Below, piece after piece: positions 1 through 12,600 of a DNA stretch of 64,000 bases. Made by a program: the position numbers and the translations under genes. Within the stretch, counting starts at the first letter, position 1, and every line of letters begins with the position of its first letter. The notes beneath the pieces are model-generated. The model was given only the letters and a program-made list of their open reading frames with translations. It searched no databases and was not told where the DNA came from. Source of the DNA: Auanema rhodensis (Eukaryota > Animalia > Nematoda); NCBI GenBank assembly GCA_964057225.1, contig OZ059894.1, positions 2,976,001 through 3,040,000 on the forward strand, in the 5' to 3' direction.

Positions 1-1078
1 CAAAAACCTCTACTTTTCGCTAAATTATTTTGAAATTTTTCGAAAAAATTTTTGTCAAAATGTTTTTGGAAGCAATGTTGAGTGTACATGGAAACTCAAC
101 ATACACTAATGCATCATTTTTCAAACGATCATAACTAATTTTTGTATTAAGCGTTTTTCATTGTAGTATAGTGCATTCGATGCGGATTTTTAAGCTGCGT
201 CGAGCTGTGTTATCAGATTTGCGCTAGCTTAAAAATGCACCGAGATATCAACTGATATAAGTTCACACATATATCCTCGATTTTCACCCTGAAGAATTAA
301 TTTTTTCGTTGAATAACATTGTCCATCGTCTTTGCCTTGAAAAAAGGAATCAAAAACCTCTACTTTTCGCTAAATTATTTTGAAATTTTTCGAAAAAATT
401 TTTGTCAAAATGTTTTTGGAAGCAATGTTGAGTGTACATGGAAACTCAACATACACTAATGCATCATTTTTCAAACGATCATAACTAATTTTTGTATTAA
501 GCGTTTTTCAATGTAGTATAGTGCATTCGATGCGGATTTTTAAGCTGCGTCGATCTGTGTTATCAGATTTGCGCTAGCTTAAAAATGCACCGAGATATCA
601 ACTGATATAAGTTCACACTTATATCCTCGATTTTCACCCTGAAGAATTGATTTTTTCGTTGAATAACATTGTCCATCGTCTTTGCCTTGAAAAAAGGAAT
701 CTAAAAACATCTACTTTTCGCTAAATTATTTTGAAATTTTTCGAACAAATTTTTGTCAAAATGTTTTTGGAAGCAATGTTGAGTGTACATGGAAACTCAA
801 CATACACTAATGCATCATTTTTCAAACGATCATAACTAATTTTTGTATTAAGCGTTTTTCAATGTAGTATAGTGCATTCGATGCGGATTTTTAAGCTGCG
901 TCGAGCTGTGTTATCAGATTTGCGCTAGCTTAAAAATGCACCGAGATATGAACTGATATAAGTTCACACATATATCCTCGATTTTCACCCTGAAGAATTA
1001 ATTTTTTCGTTGAATAACATTGTCCATCGTCTTTGCCTTGAAAAAAGGAATCTAAAAACATCTACTTTTCGCTAAATT

Positions 1079-1113
1079 ATTTTGAAATTTTTCGAAAAAA
1101 TTTTTGTCAAAAT
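1079..1113. other. Imperfect palindrome centred on TTTTTCGAAAAA (recurs in nearly every monomer)
   Basis: Perfect 12-bp palindrome at 1088-1099, flanked by complementary attttga (1079-1085) and tcaaaat (1107-1113). Confidence 0.9.
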
Positions 1114-1126
1114 GTTTTTGGAAGCA

Positions 1127-1154
1127 ATGTTGAGTGTACATGGAAACTCAACAT
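1127..1154. other. Inverted repeat with 9-bp perfect stem and 10-nt loop (recurs in most monomers)
   Basis: atgttgagt (1127-1135) is the reverse complement of actcaacat (1146-1154); the loop is gtacatggaa. Confidence 0.92.
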
Positions 1155-1228
1155 ACACTAATGCATCATTTTTCAAACGATCATAACTAATTTTTGTATT
1201 AAGCGTTTTTCAATGTAGTATAGTGCAT

Positions 1229-1295
1229 TCGATGCGGATTTTTAAGCTGCGTCGATCTGTGTTATCAGATTTGCGCTAGCTTAAAAATGCACCGA
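1229..1295. other. 67-bp imperfect inverted repeat / potential hairpin or cruciform (recurs in each monomer, with variants)
   Basis: Paired segments: atttttaagct (1238-1248) with agcttaaaaat (1278-1288), a perfect 11 bp; gcg with cgc; inner atctg (1255-1259) with cagat (1266-1270); outer tcgatgc with gcaccga (one mismatch). Confidence 0.9.
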
Positions 1296-1296
1296 G

Positions 1297-1310
1297 ATAT
1301 CAACTGATAT
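1297..1310. other. Short dyad ATATCA-ac-TGATAT (recurs in most monomers)
   Basis: atatca (1297-1302) is the reverse complement of tgatat (1305-1310), with a 2-nt spacer. Confidence 0.85.
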
Positions 1311-3669
1311 AAGTTCACACTTATATCCTCGATTTTCACCCTGAAGAATTGATTTTTTCGTTGAATAACATTGTCCATCGTCTTTGCCTTGAAAAAAGGA
1401 ATCTAAAAACATCTACTTTTCGCTAAATTATTTTGAAATTTTTCGAAAAAATTTTTGTCAAAATGTTTTTGGAAGCAATGTTGAGTGTACATGGAAACTC
1501 AACATACACTAATGCATCATTTTTCAAACGATCATAACTAATTTTTGTATTAAGCGTTTTTCAATGTAGTATAGTGCATTCGATGCGGATTTTTAAGCTG
1601 TGTCGAGCTGTGTTATCAGATTTGCGCTAGCTTAAAAATGCACCGAGATATCAACTGATATAAGTTCACACATATATCCTTGATTTTCACCCTGAAGAAT
1701 TAATTTTTTCGTTGAATAACATTGTCCATCGTCTTTGCCTTGAAAAAAGGAATCTAAAAACATCTACTTTTCGCTAAATTATTTTGAAATTTTTCGAAAA
1801 AATTTTTGTCAAAATGTTTTTGGAAGCAATGTTGAGTGTACATGGAAACTCAACATACACTAATGCATCATTTTTCAAACGATCATAACTAATTTTTGTA
1901 TTAAGCGTTTTTCAATGTAGTATAGTGCATTCGATGCGGATTTTCAAGCTGCGTCGATCTGTGTTATCAGATTTGCGCTAGCTTAAAAATGCACTGAGAT
2001 ATCAACTGATATAAGTTCACACTTATATCCTCGATTTTCACCATGAAGAATTAATTTTTTCGATGAATAACATTGTCCATCGTCTTTGCCTTGAAAAAAG
2101 GAATCTAAAAACATCTACTTTTCGCTAAATTATTTTGAAATTTTTCGAAAAAATTTTTGTCAAAATGTTTTTGGAAGCAATGTTGAGTGTACATGGAAAC
2201 TCAACATACACTAATGCATCATTTTTCAAACAATCATAACTAATTTTTGTATTAAGCGTTTTTCAATGTAGTATAGTGCATTCGATGCGGATTTTTAAGC
2301 TGCGTCGATCTGTGTTATCCGATTTGCGCTAGCTGAAAAATGCACCGAGATATCAACTGATATAAGTTCACACTTATATCCTCGATTTTCACCCTGAAGA
2401 ATTAATTTTTTCGTTGAATAACATTGTCCATCGTCTTTGCTTTGATGAAAAGAATCTAAAAACATCTACTTTTTGCTAAATTATTTTGAAATTTTTCGAA
2501 AAAATTTTTGTCAAAATGTTTTTGGAAGCAATGTTGAGTGTACATGGAAACTCAACATACACTAATGCATCATTTTTCAAACGATCATAACTAATTTTTG
2601 TATTGAGCGTTTTTCGATGTAGTATAGTGCATTCGATGCGGATTTTTAAGCTGCGTCGAGCTGTGTTATCAGATTTGCGCTAGCTTAAAAATGCACCGAG
2701 ATATCAACTGATATAAGTTCACACATATATCCTCGATTTTCACCCTGAAGAATTAATTTTTTCGTTGAATAACATTGTCCATCGTCTTTGCCTTGAAAAA
2801 AAGAATCTAAAAACATCTACTTTTTGCTAAATTATTTTGAAATTTTTCGAAAAAATTTTTGTCAAAATGTTTTTGGAAGCAATGTTGAGTGTACATGGAA
2901 ACTCAACATACACTAATGCATCATTTTTCAAACGATCATAACTAATTTTTGTATTGAGCGTTTTTCAATGTAGTATAGTGCATTCGATGCGGATTTTTAA
3001 GCTGCGTCGAGCTGTGTTATCAGATTTGCGCTAGCTTAAAAATGCACCGAGATATCAACTGATATAAGTTCACACATATATCCTCGATTTTCACCCTGAA
3101 GAATTGATTTTTTCGTTGAATAACATTGTCCATCGTCTTTGCCTTGAAAAAAGGAATCTAAAAACATCTACTTTTCGCTAAATTATTTTGAAATTTTTCG
3201 AAAAAATTTTTGTCAAAATGTTTTTGGAAGCAATGTTGAGTGTACATGGAAACTCAACATACACTAATGCATCATTTTTCAAACGATCATAACTAATTTT
3301 TGTATTGAGCGTTTTTCAATGTAGTATAGTGCATTCGATGCGGATTTTTAAGCTGCGTCGAGCTGTGTTATCAGATTTGCGCTAGCTTAAAAATGCACCG
3401 AGATATCAACTGATATAAGTTCACACATATATCCTCGATTTTCACCCTGAAGAATTAATTTTTTCGTTGAATAACATTGTCCATCGTCTTTGCCTTGAAA
3501 AAAGGAATCTAAAAACATCTACTTTTCGCTAAATTATTTTGAAATTTTTCGAAAAAATTTTTGTCAAAATGTTTTTGGAAGCAATGTTGAGTGTACATGG
3601 AAACTCAACATACACTAATGCATCATTTTTCAAACGATCATAACTAATTTTTGTATTGAGCGTTTTTCG

Positions 3670-6600
3670 ATGTAGTATAGTGCATTCGATGCGGATTTTT
3701 AAGCTGCGTCGAGCTGTGTTATCAGATTTGCGCTAGCTTAAAAATGCACCGAGATATCAACTGATATAAGTTCACACATATATCCTCGATTTTCACCCTG
3801 AAGAATTAATTTTTTCGTTGAATAACATTGTCCATCGTCTTTGCCTTGAAAAAAAGAATCTAAAAACATCTACTTTTTGCTAAATTATTTTGAAATTTTT
3901 CGAAAAAATTTTTGTCAAAATGTTTTTGGAAGCAATGTTGAGTGTACATGGAAACTCAACATACACTAATGCATCATTTTTCAAACGATCATAACTAATT
4001 TTTGTATTGAGCGTTTTTCAATGTAGTATAGTGCATTCGATGCGGATTTTTAAGCTGCGTCGAGCTGTGTTATCAGATTTGCGCTAGCTTAAAAATGCAC
4101 CGAGATATCAACTGATATAAGTTCACACATATATCCTCGATTTTCACCCTGAAGAATTGATTTTTTCGTTGAATAACATTGTCCATCGTCTTTGCCTTGA
4201 AAAAAGGAATCTAAAAACATCTACTTTTCGCTAAATTATTTTGAAATTTTTCGAAAAAATTTTTGTCAAAATGTTTTTGGAAGCAATGTTGAGTGTACAT
4301 GGAAACTCAACATACACTAATGCATCATTTTTCAAACGATCATAACTAATTTTTGTATTAAGCGTTTTTCAATGTAGTATAGTGCATTCGATGCGGATTT
4401 TTAAGCTGCGTCGATCTGTGTTATCAGATTTGCGCTAGCTTGAAAATGCACCGAGATATCAACTGATATAAGTTCACACTTATATCCTCGATTTTCACCC
4501 TGAAGAATTAATTTTTTCGTTGAATAACATTGTCCATCGTCTTTGCCTTGAAAAAAGGAATCTAAAAACATCTACTTTTTGCTAAATTATTTTGAAATTT
4601 TTCGAAAAAATTTTTGTCAAAATGTTTTTGGAAGCAATGTTGAGTGTACATGGAAACTCAACATACACTAATGCATCATTTTTCAAACGATCATAACTAA
4701 TTTTTGTATTAAGCGTTTTTCAATGTAGTATAGTGCATTCGATGCGGATTTTTAAGCTGCGTCGAGCTGTGTTATCAGATTTGCGCTAGCTTAAAAATGC
4801 ACCGAGATATCAACTGATATAAGTTCACACATATATCCTCGATTTTCACCCTGAAGAATTAATTTTTTCGTTGAATAACATTGTCCATCGTCTTTGCCTT
4901 GAAAAAAGGAATCTAAAAACATCTACTTTTCGCTAAATTATTTTGAAATTTTTCGAAAAAATTTTTGTCAAAATGTTTTTGGAAGCAATGTTGAGTGTAC
5001 ATGGAAACTCAACATACACTAATGCATCATTTTTCAAACAATCATAACTAATTTTTGTATTAAGCGTTTTTCAATGTAGTATAGTGCATTCGATGCGGAT
5101 TTTCAAGCTGCGTCGATCTGTGTTATCAGATTTGCGCTAGCTTAAAAATGCACCGAGATATCAACTGATATAAGTTCACACTTATATCCTCGATTTTCAC
5201 CCTGAAGAATTAATTTTTTCGATGAATAACATTGTCCATCGTCTTTGCCTTGAAAAAAGGAATCTAAAAACATCTACTTTTCGCTAAATTATTTTGAAAT
5301 TTTTCGAAAAAATTTTTGTCAAAATGTTTTTGGAAGCAATGTTGAGTGTACATGGAAACTCAACATACACTAATGCATCATTTTTCAAACAATCATAACT
5401 ATTTTTTGTATTAAGCGTTTTTCAATGTAGTATAGTGCATTCGATGCGGATTTTTAAGCTGCGTCGATCTGTGTTATCCGATTTGCGCTAGCTGAAAAAT
5501 GCACCGAGATATCAACTGATATAAGTTCACACTTATATCCTCGATTTTCACCCTGAAGAATTAATTTTTTCGTTGAATAACATTGTCCATCGTCTTTGCC
5601 TTGAAAAAAAGAATCTAAAAACATCTACTTTTTGCTAAATTATTTTGAAATTTTTCGAAAAAATTTTTGTCAAAATGTTTTTGGAAGCAATGTTGAGTGT
5701 ACATGGAAACTCAACATACACTAACGCATCATTTTTCAAACAATCATAACTAATTTTTGTATTAAGCGTTTTTCAATGTAGTATAGTGCATTCGATGCGG
5801 ATTTTTAAGCTGCGTCGATCTGTGTTATCCGATTTGCGCTAGCTGAAAAATGCACCGAGATATCAACTGATATAAGTTCACACTTATATCCTCGATTTTC
5901 ACCCTGAAGAATTAATTTTTTCGTTGAATAACATTGTCCATCGTCTTTGCCTTGAAAAAAAAAATCTAAAAACATCTACTTTTTGCTAAATTATTTTGAA
6001 ATTTTTCGAAAAAATTTTTGTCAAAATGTTTTTGGAAGCAATGTTGAGTGTACATGGAAACTCAACATACACTAATGCATCATTTTTCAAACGATCATAA
6101 CTAATTTTTGTATTAAGCGTTTTTCAATGTAGAATAGTGCATTCGATGCGGATTTTTAAGCTGCGTCGATCTGTGTTATCAGATTTGCGCTAGCTTGAAA
6201 ATGCACCGAGATATCAACTGATATAAGTTCACACTTATATCCTCGATTTTCACCCTGAAGAATTAATTTTTTCGTTGAATAACATTGTCCATCGTCTTTG
6301 CCTTGAAAAAAGGAATCTAAAAACATCTACTTTTCGCTAAACTATTTTGAAATTTTTCGAAAAAATTTTTGTCAAAATGTTTTTGGAAGCAATGTTGAGT
6401 GTACATGGAAACTCAACATACACTAATGCATCATTTTTCAAACGATCATAACTAATTTTTGTATTAAGCGTTTTTCAATGTAGTATAGTGCATTCGATGC
6501 GGATTTTTAAGCTGCGTCGAGCTGTGTTATCAGATTTGCGCTAGCTTAAAAATGCACCGAGATATCAACTGATATAAGTTCACACATATATCCTCGATTT

Positions 6601-9600
6601 TCACCCTGAAGAATTAATTTTTTCGATGAATAACATTGTCCATCGTCTTTGCCTTGAAAAAAGGAATCTAAAAACATCTACTTTTCGCTAAATTATTTTG
6701 AAATTTTTCGAAAAAATTTTTGTCAAAATGTTTTTGGAAGCAATGTTGAGTGTACATGGAAACTCAACATACACTAATGCATCATTTTTCAAACGATCAT
6801 AACTAATTTTTGTATTAAGCGTTTTTCAATGTAGTATAGTGCATTCGATGCGGATTTTTAAGCTGCGTCGAGCTGTGTTATCAGATTTGCGCTAGCTTAA
6901 AAATGCACCGAGATATCAACTGATATAAGTTCACACATATATCCTCGATTTTCACCCTGAAGAATTAATTTTTTCGATGAATAACATTGTCCATCGTCTT
7001 TGCCTTGAAAAAAGGAATCTAAAAACATCTACTTTTCGCTAAATTATTTTGAAATTTTTCGAAAAAATTTTTGTCAAAATGTTTTTGGAAGCAATGTTGA
7101 GTGTACATGGAAACTCAACATACACTAATGCATCATTTTTCAAACGATCATAACTAATTTTTGTATTAAGCGTTTTTCAATGTAGAATAGTGCATTCGAT
7201 GCGGATTTTTAAGCTGCGTCGATCTGTGTTATCAGATTTGCGCTAGCTTGAAAATGCACCGAGATATCAACTGATATAAGTTCACACTTATATCCTCGAT
7301 TTTCACCCTGAAGAATTAATTTTTTCGTTGAATAACATTGTCCATCGTCTTTGCCTTGAAAAAAGGAATCTAAAAACATCTACTTTTCGCTAAATTATTT
7401 TGAAATTTTTCGAAAAAATTTTTGTCAAAATGTTTTTGGAAGCAATGTTGAGTGTACATGGAAACTCAACATACACTAATGCATCATTTTTCAAACAATC
7501 ATAACTAATTTTTGTATTAAGCGTTTTTCAATGTAGTATAGTGCATTCGATGCGGATTTTCAAGCTGCGTCGATCTGTGTTATCAGATTTGCGCTAGCTT
7601 AAAAATGCACCGAGATATCAACTGATATAAGTTCACACATATATCCTCGATTTTCACCCTGAAGAATTAATTTTTTCGTTGAATAACATTGTCCATCGTC
7701 TTTGCCTTGAAAAAAGGAATCTAAAAACATCTACTTTTCGCTAAATTATTTTGAAATTTTTCGAAAAAATTTTTGTCAAAATGTTTTTGGAAGCAATGTT
7801 GAGTGTACATGGAAACTCAACATACACTAATGCATCATTTTTCAAACGATCATAACTAATTTTTGTATTGAGCGTTTTTCAATGTAGTATAGTGCATTCG
7901 ATGCGGATTTTTAAGCTGCGTCGAGCTGTGTTATCAGATTTGCGCTAGCTTAAAAATGCACCGAGATATCAACTGATATAAGTTCACACATATATCCTCG
8001 ATTTTCACCCTGAAGAATTAATTTTTTCGTTGAATAACATTGTCCATCGTCTTTGCCTTGAAAAAAAGAATCTAAAAACATCTACTTTTTGCTAAATTAT
8101 TTTGAAATTTTTCGAAAAAATTTTTGTCAAAATGTTTTTGGAAGCAATGTTGAGTGTACATGGAAACTCAACATACACTAATGCATCATTTTTCAAACGA
8201 TCATAACTAATTTTTGTATTGAGCGTTTTTCAATGTAGTATAGTGCATTCGATGCGGATTTTTAAGCTGCGTCGAGCTGTGTTATCAGATTTGCGCTAGC
8301 TTAAAAATGCACCGAGATATCAACTGATATAAGTTCACACATATATCCTCGATTTTCACCCTGAAGAATTGATTTTTTCGTTGAATAACATTGTCCATCG
8401 TCTTTGCCTTGAAAAAAGGAATCTAAAAACATCTACTTTTCGCTAAATTATTTTGAAATTTTTCGAAAAAATTTTTGTCAAAATGTTTTTGGAAGCAATG
8501 TTGAGTGTACATGGAAACTCAACATACACTAATGCATCATTTTTCAAACGATCATAACTAATTTTTGTATTAAGCGTTTTTCAATGTAGTATAGTGCATT
8601 CGATGCGGATTTTTAAGCTGCGTCGATCTGTGTTATCAGATTTGCGCTAGCTTGAAAATGCACCGAGATATCAACTGATATAAGTTCACACTTATATCCT
8701 CGATTTTCACCCTGAAGAATTAATTTTTTCGTTGAATAACATTGTCCATCGTCTTTGCCTTGAAAAAAGGAATCTAAAAACATCTACTTTTTGCTAAATT
8801 ATTTTGAAATTTTTCGAAAAAATTTTTGTCAAAATGTTTTTGGAAGCAATGTTGAGTGTACATGGAAACTCAACATACACTAATGCATCATTTTTCAAAC
8901 GATCATAACTAATTTTTGTATTAAGCGTTTTTCAATGTAGTATAGTGCATTCGATGCGGATTTTTAAGCTGCGTCGAGCTGTGTTATCAGATTTGCGCTA
9001 GCTTAAAAATGCACCGAGATATCAACTGATATAAGTTCACACATATATCCTCGATTTTCACCCTGAAGAATTAATTTTTTCGTTGAATAACATTGTCCAT
9101 CGTCTTTGCCTTGAAAAAAGGAATCTAAAAACATCTACTTTTCGCTAAATTATTTTGAAATTTTTCGAAAAAATTTTTGTCAAAATGTTTTTGGAAGCAA
9201 TGTTGAGTGTACATGGAAACTCAACATACACTAATGCATCATTTTTCAAACAATCATAACTAATTTTTGTATTAAGCGTTTTTCAATGTAGTATAGTGCA
9301 TTCGATGCGGATTTTCAAGCTGCGTCGATCTGTGTTATCAGATTTGCGCTAGCTTAAAAATGCACCGAGATATCAACTGATATAAGTTCACACTTATATC
9401 CTCGATTTTCACCCTGAAGAATTAATTTTTTCGATGAATAACATTGTCCATCGTCTTTGCCTTGAAAAAAGGAATCTAAAAACATCTACTTTTCGCTAAA
9501 TTATTTTGAAATTTTTCGAAAAAATTTTTGTCAAAATGTTTTTGGAAGCAATGTTGAGTGTACATGGAAACTCAACATACACTAATGCATCATTTTTCAA

Positions 9601-12600
9601 ACAATCATAACTATTTTTTGTATTAAGCGTTTTTCAATGTAGTATAGTGCATTCGATGCGGATTTTTAAGCTGCGTCGATCTGTGTTATCCGATTTGCGC
9701 TAGCTGAAAAATGCACCGAGATATCAACTGATATAAGTTCACACTTATATCCTCGATTTTCACCCTGAAGAATTAATTTTTTCGTTGAATAACATTGTCC
9801 ATCGTCTTTGCCTTGAAAAAAAGAATCTAAAAACATCTACTTTTTGCTAAATTATTTTGAAATTTTTCGAAAAAATTTTTGTCAAAATGTTTTTGGAAGC
9901 AATGTTGAGTGTACATGGAAACTCAACATACACTAACGCATCATTTTTCAAACAATCATAACTAATTTTTGTATTAAGCGTTTTTCAATGTAGTATAGTG
10001 CATTCGATGCGGATTTTTAAGCTGCGTCGATCTGTGTTATCCGATTTGCGCTAGCTGAAAAATGCACCGAGATATCAACTGATATAAGTTCACACTTATA
10101 TCCTCGATTTTCACCCTGAAGAATTAATTTTTTCGTTGAATAACATTGTCCATCGTCTTTGCCTTGAAAAAAAAAATCTAAAAACATCTACTTTTTGCTA
10201 AATTATTTTGAAATTTTTCGAAAAAATTTTTGTCAAAATGTTTTTGGAAGCAATGTTGAGTGTACATGGAAACTCAACATACACTAATGCATCATTTTTC
10301 AAACGATCATAACTAATTTTTGTATTAAGCGTTTTTCAATGTAGAATAGTGCATTCGATGCGGATTTTTAAGCTGCGTCGATCTGTGTTATCAGATTTGC
10401 GCTAGCTTGAAAATGCACCGAGATATCAACTGATATAAGTTCACACTTATATCCTCGATTTTCACCCTGAAGAATTAATTTTTTCGTTGAATAACATTGT
10501 CCATCGTCTTTGCCTTGAAAAAAGGAATCTAAAAACATCTACTTTTCGCTAAACTATTTTGAAATTTTTCGAAAAAATTTTTGTCAAAATGTTTTTGGAA
10601 GCAATGTTGAGTGTACATGGAAACTCAACATACACTAATGCATCATTTTTCAAACGATCATAACTAATTTTTGTATTAAGCGTTTTTCAATGTAGTATAG
10701 TGCATTCGATGCGGATTTTTAAGCTGCGTCGAGCTGTGTTATCAGATTTGCGCTAGCTTAAAAATGCACCGAGATATCAACTGATATAAGTTCACACATA
10801 TATCCTCGATTTTCACCCTGAAGAATTAATTTTTTCGATGAATAACATTGTCCATCGTCTTTGCCTTGAAAAAAGGAATCTAAAAACATCTACTTTTCGC
10901 TAAATTATTTTGAAATTTTTCGAAAAAATTTTTGTCAAAATGTTTTTGGAAGCAATGTTGAGTGTACATGGAAACTCAACATACACTAATGCATCATTTT
11001 TCAAACGATCATAACTAATTTTTGTATTAAGCGTTTTTCAATGTAGTATAGTGCATTCGATGCGGATTTTTAAGCTGCGTCGAGCTGTGTTATCAGATTT
11101 GCGCTAGCTTAAAAATGCACCGAGATATCAACTGATATAAGTTCACACATATATCCTCGATTTTCACCCTGAAGAATTAATTTTTTCGATGAATAACATT
11201 GTCCATCGTCTTTGCCTTGAAAAAAGGAATCTAAAAACATCTACTTTTCGCTAAATTATTTTGAAATTTTTCGAAAAAATTTTTGTCAAAATGTTTTTGG
11301 AAGCAATGTTGAGTGTACATGGAAACTCAACATACACTAATGCATCATTTTTCAAACGATCATAACTAATTTTTGTATTAAGCGTTTTTCAATGTAGAAT
11401 AGTGCATTCGATGCGGATTTTTAAGCTGCGTCGATCTGTGTTATCAGATTTGCGCTAGCTTGAAAATGCACCGAGATATCAACTGATATAAGTTCACACT
11501 TATATCCTCGATTTTCACCCTGAAGAATTAATTTTTTCGTTGAATAACATTGTCCATCGTCTTTGCCTTGAAAAAAGGAATCTAAAAACATCTACTTTTC
11601 GCTAAATTATTTTGAAATTTTTCGAAAAAATTTTTGTCAAAATGTTTTTGGAAGCAATGTTGAGTGTACATGGAAACTCAACATACACTAATGCATCATT
11701 TTTCAAACAATCATAACTAATTTTTGTATTAAGCGTTTTTCAATGTAGTATAGTGCATTCGATGCGGATTTTCAAGCTGCGTCGATCTGTGTTATCAGAT
11801 TTGCGCTAGCTTAAAAATGCACCGAGATATCAACTGATATAAGTTCACACTTATATCCTCGATTTTCACCCTGAAGAATTAATTTTTTCGATGAATAACA
11901 TTGTCCATCGTCTTTGCCTTGAAAAAAGGAATCTAAAAACATCTACTTTTCGCTAAATTATTTTGAAATTTTTCGAAAAAATTTTTGTCAAAATGTTTTT
12001 GGAAGCAATGTTGAGTGTACATGGAAACTCAACATACACTAATGCATCATTTTTCAAACAATCATAACTATTTTTTGTATTAAGCGTTTTTCAATGTAGT
12101 ATAGTGCATTCGATGCGGATTTTTAAGCTGCGTCGATCTGTGTTATCCGATTTGCGCTAGCTGAAAAATGCACCGAGATATCAACTGATATAAGTTCACA
12201 CTTATATCCTCGATTTTCACCCTGAAGAATTAATTTTTTCGTTGAATAACATTGTCCATCGTCTTTGCCTTGAAAAAAAGAATCTAAAAACATCTACTTT
12301 TTGCTAAATTATTTTGAAATTTTTCGAAAAAATTTTTGTCAAAATGTTTTTGGAAGCAATGTTGAGTGTACATGGAAACTCAACATACACTAACGCATCA
12401 TTTTTCAAACAATCATAACTAATTTTTGTATTAAGCGTTTTTCAATGTAGTATAGTGCATTCGATGCGGATTTTTAAGCTGCGTCGATCTGTGTTATCCG
12501 ATTTGCGCTAGCTGAAAAATGCACCGAGATATCAACTGATATAAGTTCACACTTATATCCTCGATTTTCACCCTGAAGAATTAATTTTTTCGTTGAATAA

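Larger units (their letters stand above)
1052..1402. repeat. Representative near-consensus 351-bp monomer
   Basis: Runs from ctaaaaacatc to aaaaaaggaat. Hand count of the consensus gives about 57 C and 53 G (about 31% GC), 13 CpG, and many A4-6/T4-6 tracts. Confidence 0.97.

Noticed and set aside
1356-1372. CENP-B-box-like motif TTTCGTTGAATAACATT
   Set aside because: It matches the TTCG....A half of the box but lacks the essential CGGG, so it is not a canonical box.
1052-1402. 5S rRNA, tRNA, spliced-leader or snRNA tandem gene unit
   Set aside because: No recognisable conserved RNA sequence or cloverleaf was found, and frequent T-runs on both strands would terminate Pol III. A covariance-model search (Infernal/Rfam) would be the final test.
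1052-1402. Internal dimer of two subunits of about 175 bp
   Set aside because: Only weak resemblance (tttttcaaacgatcataac versus ttttttcgatgaataac), explainable by AT-richness; I could not align the two halves by eye.
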